NCBI RefSeq assembly: GCF_009914755.1
Contig: NC_060925.1
Reading direction: 5' to 3' (one strand)
DNA: 64,000 nucleotides
Source: the human T2T-CHM13v2.0 reference genome, Homo sapiens
The notes beneath the pieces were generated by a model. The model saw only the letters and a list, made by a program, of their open reading frames with translations, ran no database searches and was not told the DNA's origin. Below, one piece after another: positions 24,880 through 37,685 of the stretch (position 1 is its first letter; each line of letters opens with the position of its first letter). The translations under genes and the position numbers were made by a program.

Positions 24880-26500
24880 GAGACTTCCAGTTTCAGCTCT
24901 GGCATGTAAAGAGCCTAGGAGTCATCATCCTAATCTTTCAAGAGCAAAAGACTGATAAACTAAAAATCCACAACTTTTCTTAGGCTCAACAGAGAACTGA
25001 GGTTACAGGGCAAGTGCTACCTCAAAATCTGGAGACAGTGACACATTGATAGATACAGATCTGAGATTTGCCTACTGAAAGCAGAAACAGCTGGAATCCA
25101 TAAACTGGTAGGGAGAATTGAATGGACATCTTGGCAAATTGCTGAAGGGTGACAGTGGACTAGCATGTTGGTGGGAAACTCTGAAACGCCACATTCATAG
25201 TGATTTTATTATGGGAATCCTATCGGAGTGTCATGGTGAGATCTGAGAAAGATCCTTTCATGACCCTAGCTGGGGCAGGGAGAGGGCAGCCATCTTGAAA
25301 CCCACTCAGACTCTTCTCACTAAAAAAGATCTAGTTTCCAGAGGAAAGAAATTAAACAGAAGGGAATTCAGAATGTTTTCCCAGATGGGGCAAGGTAATT
25401 CCTCGGCACCGCACCCCCCTCCACCCCACCACCCCAGCTCTTATCTCACTTATCTCTTTATGGGAAAAACAAAGACACAAGTGAAATCCGCAGTGGAGTG
25501 GGCTTCAGAGAAACAGCCTGGGAATACTGCAGCCAGAGAAGAAAGTAGAGGCAGGGGGAATAAACTAAACTCCAGGATGAGAGTCTGAGAGACTTGTGAA
25601 GGCCACGCCCTAGAGACACAGTACCACTAAGGACTGACTTAAGCAAATTATAGGACAGCCCCTTTCCCACATGCTACCAGGACACCAACAAACCTCTGAT
25701 ATTATACTACTGAGGGAAATTTAAAAAGATCTAAAACGTACAGACCGTCTTTCAGTCTGGAGTAATAAAAATAAAAGGAGAGACTAAAGCAAGAATACTA
25801 GAAGAATTTGAAGTCTCTGGTTCCCATATGTACAACATTAAACACAGCCAAATTCCAAGCCAGATTAATATAAATGATCACATTAAAGATCTATTTACCT
25901 GGTTACCTATTACTTGATGAAATACATCCAGCTTTCAAAAATAAAAATAAAAAAGGAAGAAGAAACAAAACACACATCAGAGAAAACACACACATGACAC
26001 AGATTTTGGAATTAACAGGCAGGGAATTTGAAATAAATACAATTAAAGTGTTCAGAGATCTAATGGCAAACACAGACAGCATAGAAAAGATAAGTAATGT
26101 AAACAAGTAGAAGTGCTAAAAAAAGATTTGAAAGGAAATGTTAACAATTAAAACATAATAACAAAGTTGAAGAATGACTTTGACAGGCTCAGCAATAGAC
26201 TAAAAGTCCAAGGAAAGAATCAGTGAACAGCAAGATAGTTCAACAGAAATTTCCTGAATTAAAATCCAAATAGAGGGGGTAAAAAACCCGTAGTGTCCAA
26301 TAACTGAGATGATTTCAAAAGATATCACACACAGACAATAGAATTCTGTGTCAGAATGAGAAGAAAAGGAAAATGGAGTCGGAATAAAAATCAGTGGAAT
26401 TAAAAAAAAAATTTGTAGTGATGACAACCAAGAACTTTTCAAATGAAGAACAGATTCCAAAGCACAGATCCCAGAAGTTCAGAGAACTAAATAAGGATAA
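24880..26500 (+). mobile_element. Old L1M (L1MC-type) 5' UTR and ORF1 remnant
   Basis: Starts GACTTCCAGTTTCAGCTCTGGCATGTAAAGAGC. ORF1-like MTQILELTGREFEINTIK at about 25994. Confidence 0.7.
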
Positions 26501-28538
26501 AGTAATATCATATTCAGTAGTGAAAAACTAAAATCTTTTCCTCTAAGATCAGAAACAAGACAAGGATGTCAACTCATGTCACTTCTATTCTACATAGTAC
26601 TGGAAGTCCTAGCCAGAACAATTAGGCAAGTAAAAGAAATAAAAGGCATTCGAACTGGAAATGAAAAAATAAAACTGTCTTGTTTAGAGATGACATGATC
26701 TTATCCTAAAGACTCTACACACAAAAATTATTATTACTAATAGACAATTTAATAAAGTTGCACATACAAAATCCAGATATAAAAATCAGTTGCATTTTTT
26801 AATACTAATAATGAAAAAGCTGAGAAAGACATTAAGAAAATAATCACATTTATAGTGGCATCAAAAGAAAATAAAAAGCCTAGTAATAAATTGAATGAAG
26901 GTCTTGAAGGACCTGTAGGCTAAACAGTATAAAATACTGATGAAAAATATTAAAGAGACACAAACAAATGGAAAAATACTCCATGTTCATGTTTTGGAAG
27001 ACTTAATATTGTTAACTGTTCATACAACCCAGAACAATCTGCAGATTCAATACAGTTCCTACCAAAATACCAATGTTATTTTTACAGAAATAAAAAAATA
27101 AAATTTTAAAATTCATATGATGAAAAAAAGGACCCTGAATAGACAAAACAATATTGAGAAAGAAAAATATGCCTGGAGGTATCACACTTTGTTATTTAAA
27201 AATATATTACAAAGCTACAGTAATTAAAACAGGATACAGACAGATATATAGACCAATGGGATACAATAAAGAGCCTAGAAATAAATGCGCACATATAGGG
27301 TCAACTCATGTTCAGCAAGAGTGCCAAAAATACACAATGGGGGCAGGATAGTTTCTTCAACAAATGGTATCGGAAAAAACTGAATATTCACCTTCGAAAG
27401 AATCAGGTACTCTTACCTTCTGCTACACACAATAAACAATACAAAATAGACTAAAGACTTAAATACAAGGCCTGAAACTATGAAATTCCTAGAAAAAATG
27501 GGGGAAAATCTTCATGACATTGGTCTTGATAATAATTTTATAGAAATAATATAGCTTTCATAGACAAGCTAAGGCAACATAAGCCAAGACAGACAAATGG
27601 CAGTACATCAGTCTAAAAATCTGCACAGGTCTGCAAACCACATATTTAGGAAGGGGTTAATTTCCAAATGTATAAGAAACTCCTATAACTCAATATCTAC
27701 AAAAAACAACCCAGTTAAAAATGGACTAAGTAGTTTAATAGACATTTCTTCAAAGAAAACCTACAAATGGCAAACAGGTACAAGAAAAGATGCTCATGTT
27801 CACTAACCCTCAGGGAAATGCAAAGCAAAACCGCAATGAAATATCACCTCACATCTCTTAGGATGGCTATTATTAATGACAACACAAAAAGAAAAAGAAA
27901 AGACAAATATTGGTGATGATGTAGAGAAATTGGGGCCCTTGTACACTGCTGTGGAGAATGCAAAATTCAGCAGTTGCAAACAACCATCTGGAGATTTTGT
28001 TTAACATTAAAGATAGAAATACCATATGATCTGGCAATCCCACTTTTGGATATTTATACAAAAATCAGGATCTTGAAGAGACATTAGCATCCCCATGTCC
28101 ACTGAAGCACGCACTAGTCACAATAGCCAATAAATTGGAAAAAATCTAAATGTTCATCAGCAGATGAATGGCTGAAGAAAATGTGCTATATGTCTACAAT
28201 GCAATATTATTCAGCCTTAGAAAAGAAGGAAATCTTGCAACATGCAACAACATGGATGAAGCTGGAGGATATCATGCTAAGTGAAATAAGTCAGTCACAG
28301 TAAGACAGATACTGTATGACCCCACTTATGTAAGCTATTTAAAACAATCAAACCCACAGAAGCAGAGAATGGAATGGGGGTTCCCAGGGCCTTGAAGGGG
28401 AATGAGGAATTGTTAATCTAAAGGTATAAGATTTCAATTATACAAGGTGAATAAATTCTAGAGTGGTGTACAACATTGCACCTGTAGTTAACAAACTGTA
28501 TTATACACTTAAAAATCCATTAGATGGGTAAATCTCAA
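26501..28538 (+). mobile_element. L1MA10/L1MB-like ORF2 3' half and 3' UTR
   Basis: GTACTGGAAGTCCTAGCCAG, the peptide GGITL..YYKATVIKT, and 3' UTR GTACAACATTGCACCTGTAGTTAACA. Confidence 0.8.
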
Positions 28539-28628
28539 TTATGTAATTTGAGTGATGGATACCTCAAAAGCCCTGATTTCACTGCTATGTGATCTATGCA
28601 TATAACAAAATTACACTTGTACTCCATG
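28539..28628 (+). mobile_element. L1PB4-like extreme 3' end
   Basis: GTGATGGATACCTCAAAAGCCCTGATTTCAC...AACAAAATTACACTTGTACTCCATGAATGTATACAAAT plus an A tail. Confidence 0.7.
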
Positions 28629-28679
28629 AATGTATACAAATAAAAAAACACACCAATATTAGCAAGTAAATAAAAATTT

Positions 28680-29988
28680 TACCATGTGAATACTGAAGGT
28701 AAACATGAGCGAATTCCATTATAATCTGGTAGTGGATACTTTTTATGACAATGAAATAAAAATCTAGGACAATAGGGTAAACATTTATAGATAAATCTTA
28801 AGAATTAAGAGTTTGCATAGTGGTAAGTGAAATAAAGGGCAAATGATAAACTGGGGAAAGTGATTTTGAAACTTGTCATAGAAAAGGGCTAACGTATCTA
28901 ACAGAGAGAAATTCTGATAGTTATTAAGCTATCATCTCTTTACTCCAAATCTATTTATAGTGTTCTTTAGGCTAGTGCTAAGATTCTACAAATGTTTTTC
29001 CTGACTTTTCCAGGTGTCTTTCTAGCAGGTCGGGTCAACAGAGCAAGAGATAGAGATAGAAGAGAGGAACAAGAAAGAAGGAACTCGCTCTTTCATATTT
29101 ACCATGTTTCTGCAAATGTTGCCCCAGCAGGGGCGATTAGTTCCGGATAGGATCAGAGCACTCCCAGAAACACTTTCACCCTCAGAAGTACCAAAAGAAG
29201 ACTGACTGCGCCTATCAACAGACTCATAGGTCTGAATTGTCGGCGGAGGTCTGAATTGCTGCTCTACATTGCCTTTCTTCAAAACCTCTGGCTTCTCATA
29301 ATTCCAAACTGTTGCTTTTGTTTTCCCAGCCCTAGTGGTAGCAATTAGTTGTTGTAGTTACCATCTGTAGTACCTTAGTATAACTATTTGCTGCATTACA
29401 TCAATATCTGTTTAGGTATTTCTTTATACTTAATTCCCTTTGTGGCAGTATCTACTGTCATTTATATTTTTCCGAGTGCCCTGACTAATAGATTTTCTAA
29501 AAATTGAGAACAAAAGCACCAGTCCCCCAAAAATATATAGAAAAAAGATCTGCAACAAGTCACAGGAGAAGAAATACAAATGATGCTCAAACATGGGAAA
29601 ATACACTTAGCCACATTCATAGTAAGGCATATGCAAGTTAAAACTGCCATTCCTTACTTTGGAGTATTAAAAATCTGACATTTTGAAAATATATACTGTC
29701 GGTGAGGCTATGGATAAATAGCATCCTTATATATCTCTGGTAAGCATGCAACATGTAAGAACTCCTCCGAAGGAGTTTAGTCATTTCTAGCAGAATTATC
29801 TATCAATTTTTTCCTTTTGACAAAAAAGATCCATTTCTAGCTATCTATTGCAAAATTACTGGCATAATATGAAATGAAGAAGACACAAAGATATTCTCTG
29901 CAATACAGCTGGTAATAGCAAAAGTCTTGAAACATGTCACATGCCCATAGGAAAACAATGGAATAGACTGTGATACTTCTGAGTAATA
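28680..29988 (+). mobile_element. L1ME ORF2 C-terminal relic, host of the LTR41 and MER44
   Basis: AAACTGGGGAAAG, GAAGAAATACAAATG and TAATAGCAAAAG motifs occur in L1 order. Confidence 0.6.
28915..29492 (+). mobile_element. LTR41-like ERVL solo LTR
   Basis: Starts TGATAGTTATTAAGCTATCATCTCTTTACTCCAAAT and ends CCCTGACTAATAGA. Confidence 0.65.
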
Positions 29989-30356
29989 CAGTAGTCCCCA
30001 CTTATCTACGGTTTATCTTTCTGTGATTTTAGTTACCTGCAGTCTGAAAATATTAAATGGAAAATTCCAGAAATAAACAATTCATAGGTTTTCAATGTTG
30101 TGCCTCTTTGAGTAGCATGATGAAATCTGGGGCATCCTGCTTTGTCTCACCCAGGACCTACATTATTCCTTTATCCAGCATTTCAAAGCTGTGGATGCTA
30201 CCACCCATTAATCACTTAATAGCAATCTAGGTTATCAGATCGGCTGTTTCAGTATTCCAGGGCTTATGCTGGAGTCACCCTTATTTTCCTTAATAGCAGC
30301 CCCAAAGCAAAAGAGTAGTGATACAGGCATATTGTTATAATTGTTCTATTTTATTA

Positions 30357-31857
30357 CATTTGACCCTTGAGCAATACAGGGGTTAGGGTCGCCAACCTCC
30401 TGCACAGTCAAAAATCCACGTGTTTTGATTTTCCAAAACCTTAACTACTAATAGCCTACTCTTGACTGGAACCCTTACCAAAATAAACAGTTGATTAACA
30501 CATATTTTGTATGTTATATGTATTTTATACTGTGTTCTTACATAAATAAGCTAGAGAAAAGAAAATGTTATTAAAAATCGTAAGGAAGAGAAATACATTT
30601 CTAATAGTGCACTGTATTTATTGATATTGTAAGTTTACTTCATCTGTTTACAAAATGGATCATCTGCCTGAAATGACAACTAACCACAGCCTCAGATCTT
30701 AATCTATGGTACATATCAGGCAATTCAACTTTTTCTCATAATGTCATGACTTTTCTGTTTCTTGGGAGCACTTCCAGCAAAAACTAGTGGCACTTCACAC
30801 GGATCCCATGGTGTTATTCGAGGATTATGGTATTGCACTAAGCACTATTGCACTAAGCACTGTGAAAGAAATGCAAGAACTGTGAGAGATCAGTTTTTAC
30901 TTAATACACAATTTACTGGAGAGATGAACTGCTCATGCACAGATGATTTTTTAAAATTTATTTTACTTTAAGTTCTGGAATACATGTGCAGAACATGCAG
31001 GTCTATTACATAGGTATACATGTGCTATAGTGGTTTGCTGCACCCATCAACCTGACATCAAGGTTTCAAGCCCCGCATGAATCAGGTATTTGTCTTAATA
31101 CTCTCCCCCAACTTACCCACATCCCCCGACAGGCCCCAGTGTGTGATATTCCCCTCCCTCTGTCCTTGTATTCTCATTGTTCACCTCCCACGTATGAGTG
31201 AGAACATGTGGTGTTTGGCTTTCTGTTCCTGTGTTAGTTTGCTGAGAATGATGGTTTCCAGCTTCATCCATGTCCCTGCAAGGGACATGAACTCATTCTT
31301 TTTTATGGCTGCATAGTATTCCATCTTGTACATGTGCCACATTTTCTTTATCCAGTCTATCATTGATGGATATTTGTGTTGGTTCCAAGTCTTTGTTATT
31401 GAAAATAGTGCTGCATACACAGATGATTAATAGCACATACAGATATTTGCAACACTTGAGCAAAATTATTACAGGAGTACAGTATGTAGCACAGTTACTA
31501 TTTTTGCAGTTATAATACTGTTTCTTTACTTTGGTTTACATTTCTCCCTACTGTCAATGGTGTCATGTGTAGTCAGTATTTGTGTGCCTATGTTTTGATA
31601 CATTTTAACTTTTTAAAATAGATTTGCGTATATTTTATGGTAATAAGTGATTAAACAATTATATACATATATTTTATGCATTCATGATGCACCTAAAATT
31701 TCTTTTTTTTTAATGTTTCTAGGCTGCATGCTTTATGTGTAAGTTTTTTCAAGTTAGCACAAATCTCCAAAATGTTTTAAATATATTTGTTGAAAAAAAT
31801 CTATGTGTAAGTAGACCCCCGCAGTTCAAACCCATGTTGTTATTCATGGGTCGACTA
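30357..31857 (-). mobile_element. Tigger2b-like DNA transposon, split by an L1PA8
   Basis: TIRs CATTTGACCCTTGAGCAA and TTCATGGGTCGACTA, inserted at a TA. About 1020 bp once the L1 is removed. Confidence 0.85.
30949..31415 (-). mobile_element. L1PA8-like 3' end
   Basis: GGTTTCAAGCCCCGCATG diagnostic block. TSD CAT(G/A)CACAGATGATT at 30934-30948 and 31414-31428. Confidence 0.9.
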
Positions 31858-32141
31858 GATTAGTTATTGTTGTTAATCTCTTATTGTGCCTAATTTATGA
31901 ATAAATTACTATATATTATTATTTGTAAAGAAATTATAATTACTAAATTACTATATAAATAAATTACTATATATACTATGTAAACTTATTATAAAGAAAA
32001 AATTTACTTTTAAGCTATGAAATAGATCAGTTATTCCCACCGAGTAACAAAGTTAGTACAACGATTGGCAAAATTTTTTTCTGATTGACCAGTTTGATTG
32101 AATTAACTGACTTCTATGTGTGCTGACATGTTGTTTTGTAG

Positions 32142-32478
<337 letters not shown>

Positions 32479-32739
32479 TATTTATCACATAGTCTTTATT
32501 GTTCTTTACTGTTCTTGGAAAATAAAGAATTTTAACATCGAAAAACCTATTAAACTTATAATACAGATTATTTGCAACATCATAGTGTATGTGAAAATTT
32601 AACTATATTGGATGTATTAACACAATATCTGCTTTATGTAGGTTAATTACAATCAAGCAAAATACCAATGTTTACCAGGCTTTCCCCAAACCAATTAAGA
32701 AAGCTCCTACTTTAAAGCCTTTTATATGTATTGTATTTT

Positions 32740-33092
32740 GCAGCTAGAAAAACCTTTCTTCAGATATTGGTAAGTCTGATATCCTTCATGTTGCATAAGC
32801 CTTACATCTTGTCAAACATCACTTTATCTAAGGGGCCATCATAATATCAAATATGTAGCCCATGTCACTCCTTATCTTTCAAGAGCACTTCTCACAGACT
32901 TATATTGTAGTAGACTTTGTATCTATTCATATTTCTATTATCTTTTCACACATGCAAAAAAAAATGTTTCACGAAGGCAAAGGCTTTGTTTTTTTCATTT
33001 GCTAACATATTGAGCACATAGAACAGCTCTTGGTGCACGGTAAATGCCACCAAAGTATTTGGTGAATGAATGAATGAATGAATGAATGAATG
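32740..33092 (+). mobile_element. L2a 3' end with (TGAA)n tail
   Basis: GAAGGCAAAGGCTTTG...GCACGGTAAATGCC...AAGTATTTGG followed by (TGAA)7. Confidence 0.75.
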
Positions 33093-33445
33093 TTTTCTAC
33101 CCTGTCATCTCAGAACCCTCCAACCAGCGAGTTAGTACCCAAAACTGCTGAGCAAGTTATGCCAATCCAGTTCACTTAAAACAGCTGAAAGTAAACCAAG
33201 AAGGAAATGTCCAACTGGGTACCAACTAGAAAATAATTCAAACAAAATTAAAAAAAAATAAATTAGCAAAAACACCTTTTGTTCATATTAAATATTGTGT
33301 AAAGTTCTAATATATAAACAACCAAAATGGAGCTGTCCTGGTTGTAATAAGGTAGTGAAGCCAGGAACCTCCATGACTGTCTCTCCTTCAATATCTATGT
33401 TAGTCGGGGTACATTGCGAGTAACTGGAGAAATAAAATCCAAAAA

Positions 33446-33834
33446 TGATAGTTTGAATATGTGCCTCAAATGTCATGTGTTGGAAACTTAATCCCCAATG
33501 CAACAATGCTGAGAGGTAGGATTTTTAGGAGGTGATTATGTCATGAAGGCTCTGACGCCATGAATGGATTAATGCTGTGACCGTGGGAGCGGGTTATTTA
33601 TCCCTGGAGCAAGTTCCTTAAAAAGGAGGAGTTTGGCTCCCTCTTACAGTCTTTCATGCCTGCCCTTGCCCTCCCAACTTCTGACATGGGATGATGCAGC
33701 AACTAAAGCCCTTGCCAGATGCCCGCACTTTGATATTGGAATTCTCAGCCTCCGGAACCATGAACAACACCTTTCTCTTTATTATAAATTTCCCAGTCTC
33801 TGATATCTTCTTACAGTAGCACAAAACAAAGGCA
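33446..33834 (+). mobile_element. MSTD-like solo LTR (ERVL-MaLR)
   Basis: TGATAGTTTGAAT...CATGTGTTGGAAACTTAATCCCCAATGCAACA...ATAAATTTCCCAGTCTC...GCACAAAAC. Confidence 0.85.
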
Positions 33835-33904
33835 CCATGCTTCATCATTCTACTGAGTAAGCAAAATTCTGGCTAGAGTTGTTAAATTCCTAATTCAATA
33901 ACAA

Positions 33905-33920
33905 TCTCTCTCTCTCTCGG

Positions 33921-33956
<36 letters not shown>

Positions 33957-33978
33957 ATACACACACGCAGACACACAT
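33905..33978. repeat. Compound (TC)7/(AC)13+ microsatellite
   Basis: Read directly from the sequence. Confidence 0.9.
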
Positions 33979-35075
33979 GATTTTCTTAACATTCAAGATC
34001 TATTCAACTGTTAGAAAACACTCTTCAAACATTTTTCTGTTAAATATAATTTGTAACTATACTTGGTTGACTGTATATTGGTTTTCAAAAATAGTGTATG
34101 GAATAAACAAAAATTAAACAGTTTTCTCCTATACTCATTAACCCTCCAAACACTTAGAGATGGCTACTCTTCCTGTCCCCAGAACAGAGCATGCAACCCT
34201 TTCAAATATTAATTATTTGTTGTGCTGACCCATTTCAATTAAACTATATATATATATTTAAAACAATTATAGAATTGTATGTTACATGTTTGATATAATC
34301 TATTCAGGACAGAGGAACACTATAATTTTCAGAAATTATTAAGATACTATAATTTTCTAAATAAATCCTCAAACTTCCAAAGTTTCAGAAAAATAAAAAA
34401 TGTTCAGCATACTCTAATTTGCAACAAAATGAAAATAATGCTTGTGATCAGTGATTTAAAAAACTATAATGAATATTTTATTTGGTTTTTATGTCAATTA
34501 ATATTTTTACAAATGTTAAACTTCTCAAAAATAATGACATTAAAAATAATATATTGTGAGTAATTTTGCTATATCTGTGAAATATGTCAAAGAGCTTTGT
34601 ACATTCACCTTTGACTTGAAGATCATATTTCTGAAATTGTGCTGATTAGGCACAGGAATTTATATTCCAGGGAACACAATCCATCAATAGTCTAAGTCAC
34701 ATAAAATAGAGAAAACCATTCTCCTTAATGACATAATCATCAAACATAATTTATTAAAGGCTTTTCTGTGTTAAATGCTGATGAAGTCAGTATACAGGTG
34801 TGATCTTTCCAATGCAGGAGATCATAAATTGAGATTCAAATCATTGATCCCAAAATAAGATAATGTAGTGTATTGTGACATGATCTAATAAACACTGTTG
34901 AGACTTCAAAGTTATTCCATTATTAGATACAGTTGAAATTAAAATAACAATTAGAAATAATTATTGCCAAATACATCTCGAAAATTAGGTGAAATGTGCG
35001 AATTTATAGGGAAAAAACAAAACAGACTCATTAAGAATGATATTTAAAAATTAGGTGTGCTAAAATAGAATAAAC

Positions 35076-35110
35076 TATTTTATTTTATTTTATTTTATTT
35101 TATTTTATTT
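35076..35110. repeat. (TATTT)7
   Basis: Read directly from the sequence. Confidence 0.9.
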
Positions 35111-37000
35111 TGAGTAAAATGAAAGTATTCATGCTGGTTTTCAGGTTGTATTTTTCCATTCCTAGAGTTTATTTCTAAACCTCTCTACAAAATTCTTTCT
35201 CTCTCTGTATCTCTCTTTGTATTTGCAACTCTCATATAAAATTTATTTTTTCTAAATTACCACATAATAAACTGAAACCATGAAGCCTATATATGCTAAA
35301 TGCTTCATTGGGTATTTACTAAGAATAAGTCATTCCCTTCTGCAAAGAAATTACAATTATCAAAATCTACAGATGAATATTGGTAATGTATTATTACCGA
35401 ATCTATGGAGTTTACTCTGATTTGTCCAGTTTTCCCAGGAATGTTCCTTAGAGTAAAAGAAAATACAAGTTCATACATTGCATACACTTGTAATCTCTCT
35501 TTATTCCCTTCAATCAAAAATGGTTCCAGTCTTTGTGTTTCATGACATTGAAATTATTGAACAGCACTGGTTATTTTATAAAATGACCTTCCACGTGAAT
35601 TTTTCTGATCTTTTCTCATGATTAAATTCACTTTATCCACTTTTTGCAAGCATGCCAGAGAAGATGCTAAGTATTTCTCAGTGCATCAGATCAGAAGGCA
35701 CATGTTTTCTATTGTCCACTTACCTGTAGTGTTAATTTTGATCACTTATTTAAGGTTATTAGCTGTATGCCAGCCTTCTCCACTGTGAAATTACTGTGTA
35801 TATTTGGATTTTATTTGTAAGGAATATTTTCCCTTCTTTGTTTATTCATTGATTTGTGTCATTATTGACTCTAATATCTATTTCATTTTTTGTGGTATAA
35901 TCCAATACAATTTTTATTTTGTTACTCAAATTCTTTAGTTTTAGCCATGAGAATCCCTTTTCTATTGGATCCTGTGTCTTCTGAAATTCGGCATTCATTT
36001 GTTTTTGAGCACTTCTGTATTTCCTAGCACTATAAAATTCTGCAGCCTCATCTCATTTTTCCTTGTCCCAGCTCTAGAATCAGTCCTTTGGCCAGGCATT
36101 CCAGTTTGTTTCCTCTATGAATGGTGTTTAGAAACCAATATCTAGCAAAAAATAAGGCCAGTACTCAAATGCCCAAAATACAGCAATATACACCTGCATC
36201 ATTTTTCTGTATCACACTGCCCATTTTATAACTCACTTCTAACACCCAACACCCTTCCCACCATACAAGCACCAACCAGATCTCTTCTTATAGCTGACTG
36301 ATTTCTGGTCCATTCTTAAAGACATGATCATTAGCTTCAATAATAGCAAATACTGTACTACCAACAAAATAACATGTTGTTTTATTGCTTTTAAATATTA
36401 AAATAGAAGATAGTGTATCTTCCTGTAAAAAATAAATATTATAATATAAATATTATAGAAAAAAAAGAAATCAACATCTAGACTCTGCATATGCTTGAGG
36501 CCACTTAGATGGCTCACCTTTTAGGCACTCTAGCAGACAGAGAGAGAAAATATATGCACTGGCCCATTCAGACACACACTTCTATATTTTGTAAAGTAGT
36601 TTGACCACAGCTAACCTATATCCTTGTGAGAAACAAATTTGCCAAGCAGAGCATAATGTTAAAATGCAGTTCAGTTCTCTTTGTTTTTAGCATTACTATA
36701 TCTAGTCACAACACTATTTTTCAGATTTACGTATTTCAGTTCTTGTTCCCTCCACCCCTTCAATGAGGTTATGTCATACCCTTGTAATACAGTTAGACTC
36801 ATTAGACACAGCTGTATTGCATCCAGGGATTCCCTGACGTCCTGCTTTGGTTGTTGGTACTGTTTGCATACAGTAAAATCAGGCCTTGGAAGTTTTGAGT
36901 GTTATTGGGTTGAAAAATGCATAATTGTGCATCCATAATCTTCATCTCTTTTCATATGTTACCAAATATCTTACCATTCTATAAGATATGCTGTCATTTC

Positions 37001-37685
<685 letters not shown>

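Larger units (their letters stand above)
29989..31910 (+). mobile_element. MER44B-like (TcMar-Tigger) element, split by Tigger2b and 3'-truncated
   Basis: TA|CAGTAGTCCCCACTTATC start; the sequence resumes at TTAGTTATTGTTGTTAATCTCTTA after 31857. Confidence 0.85.
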
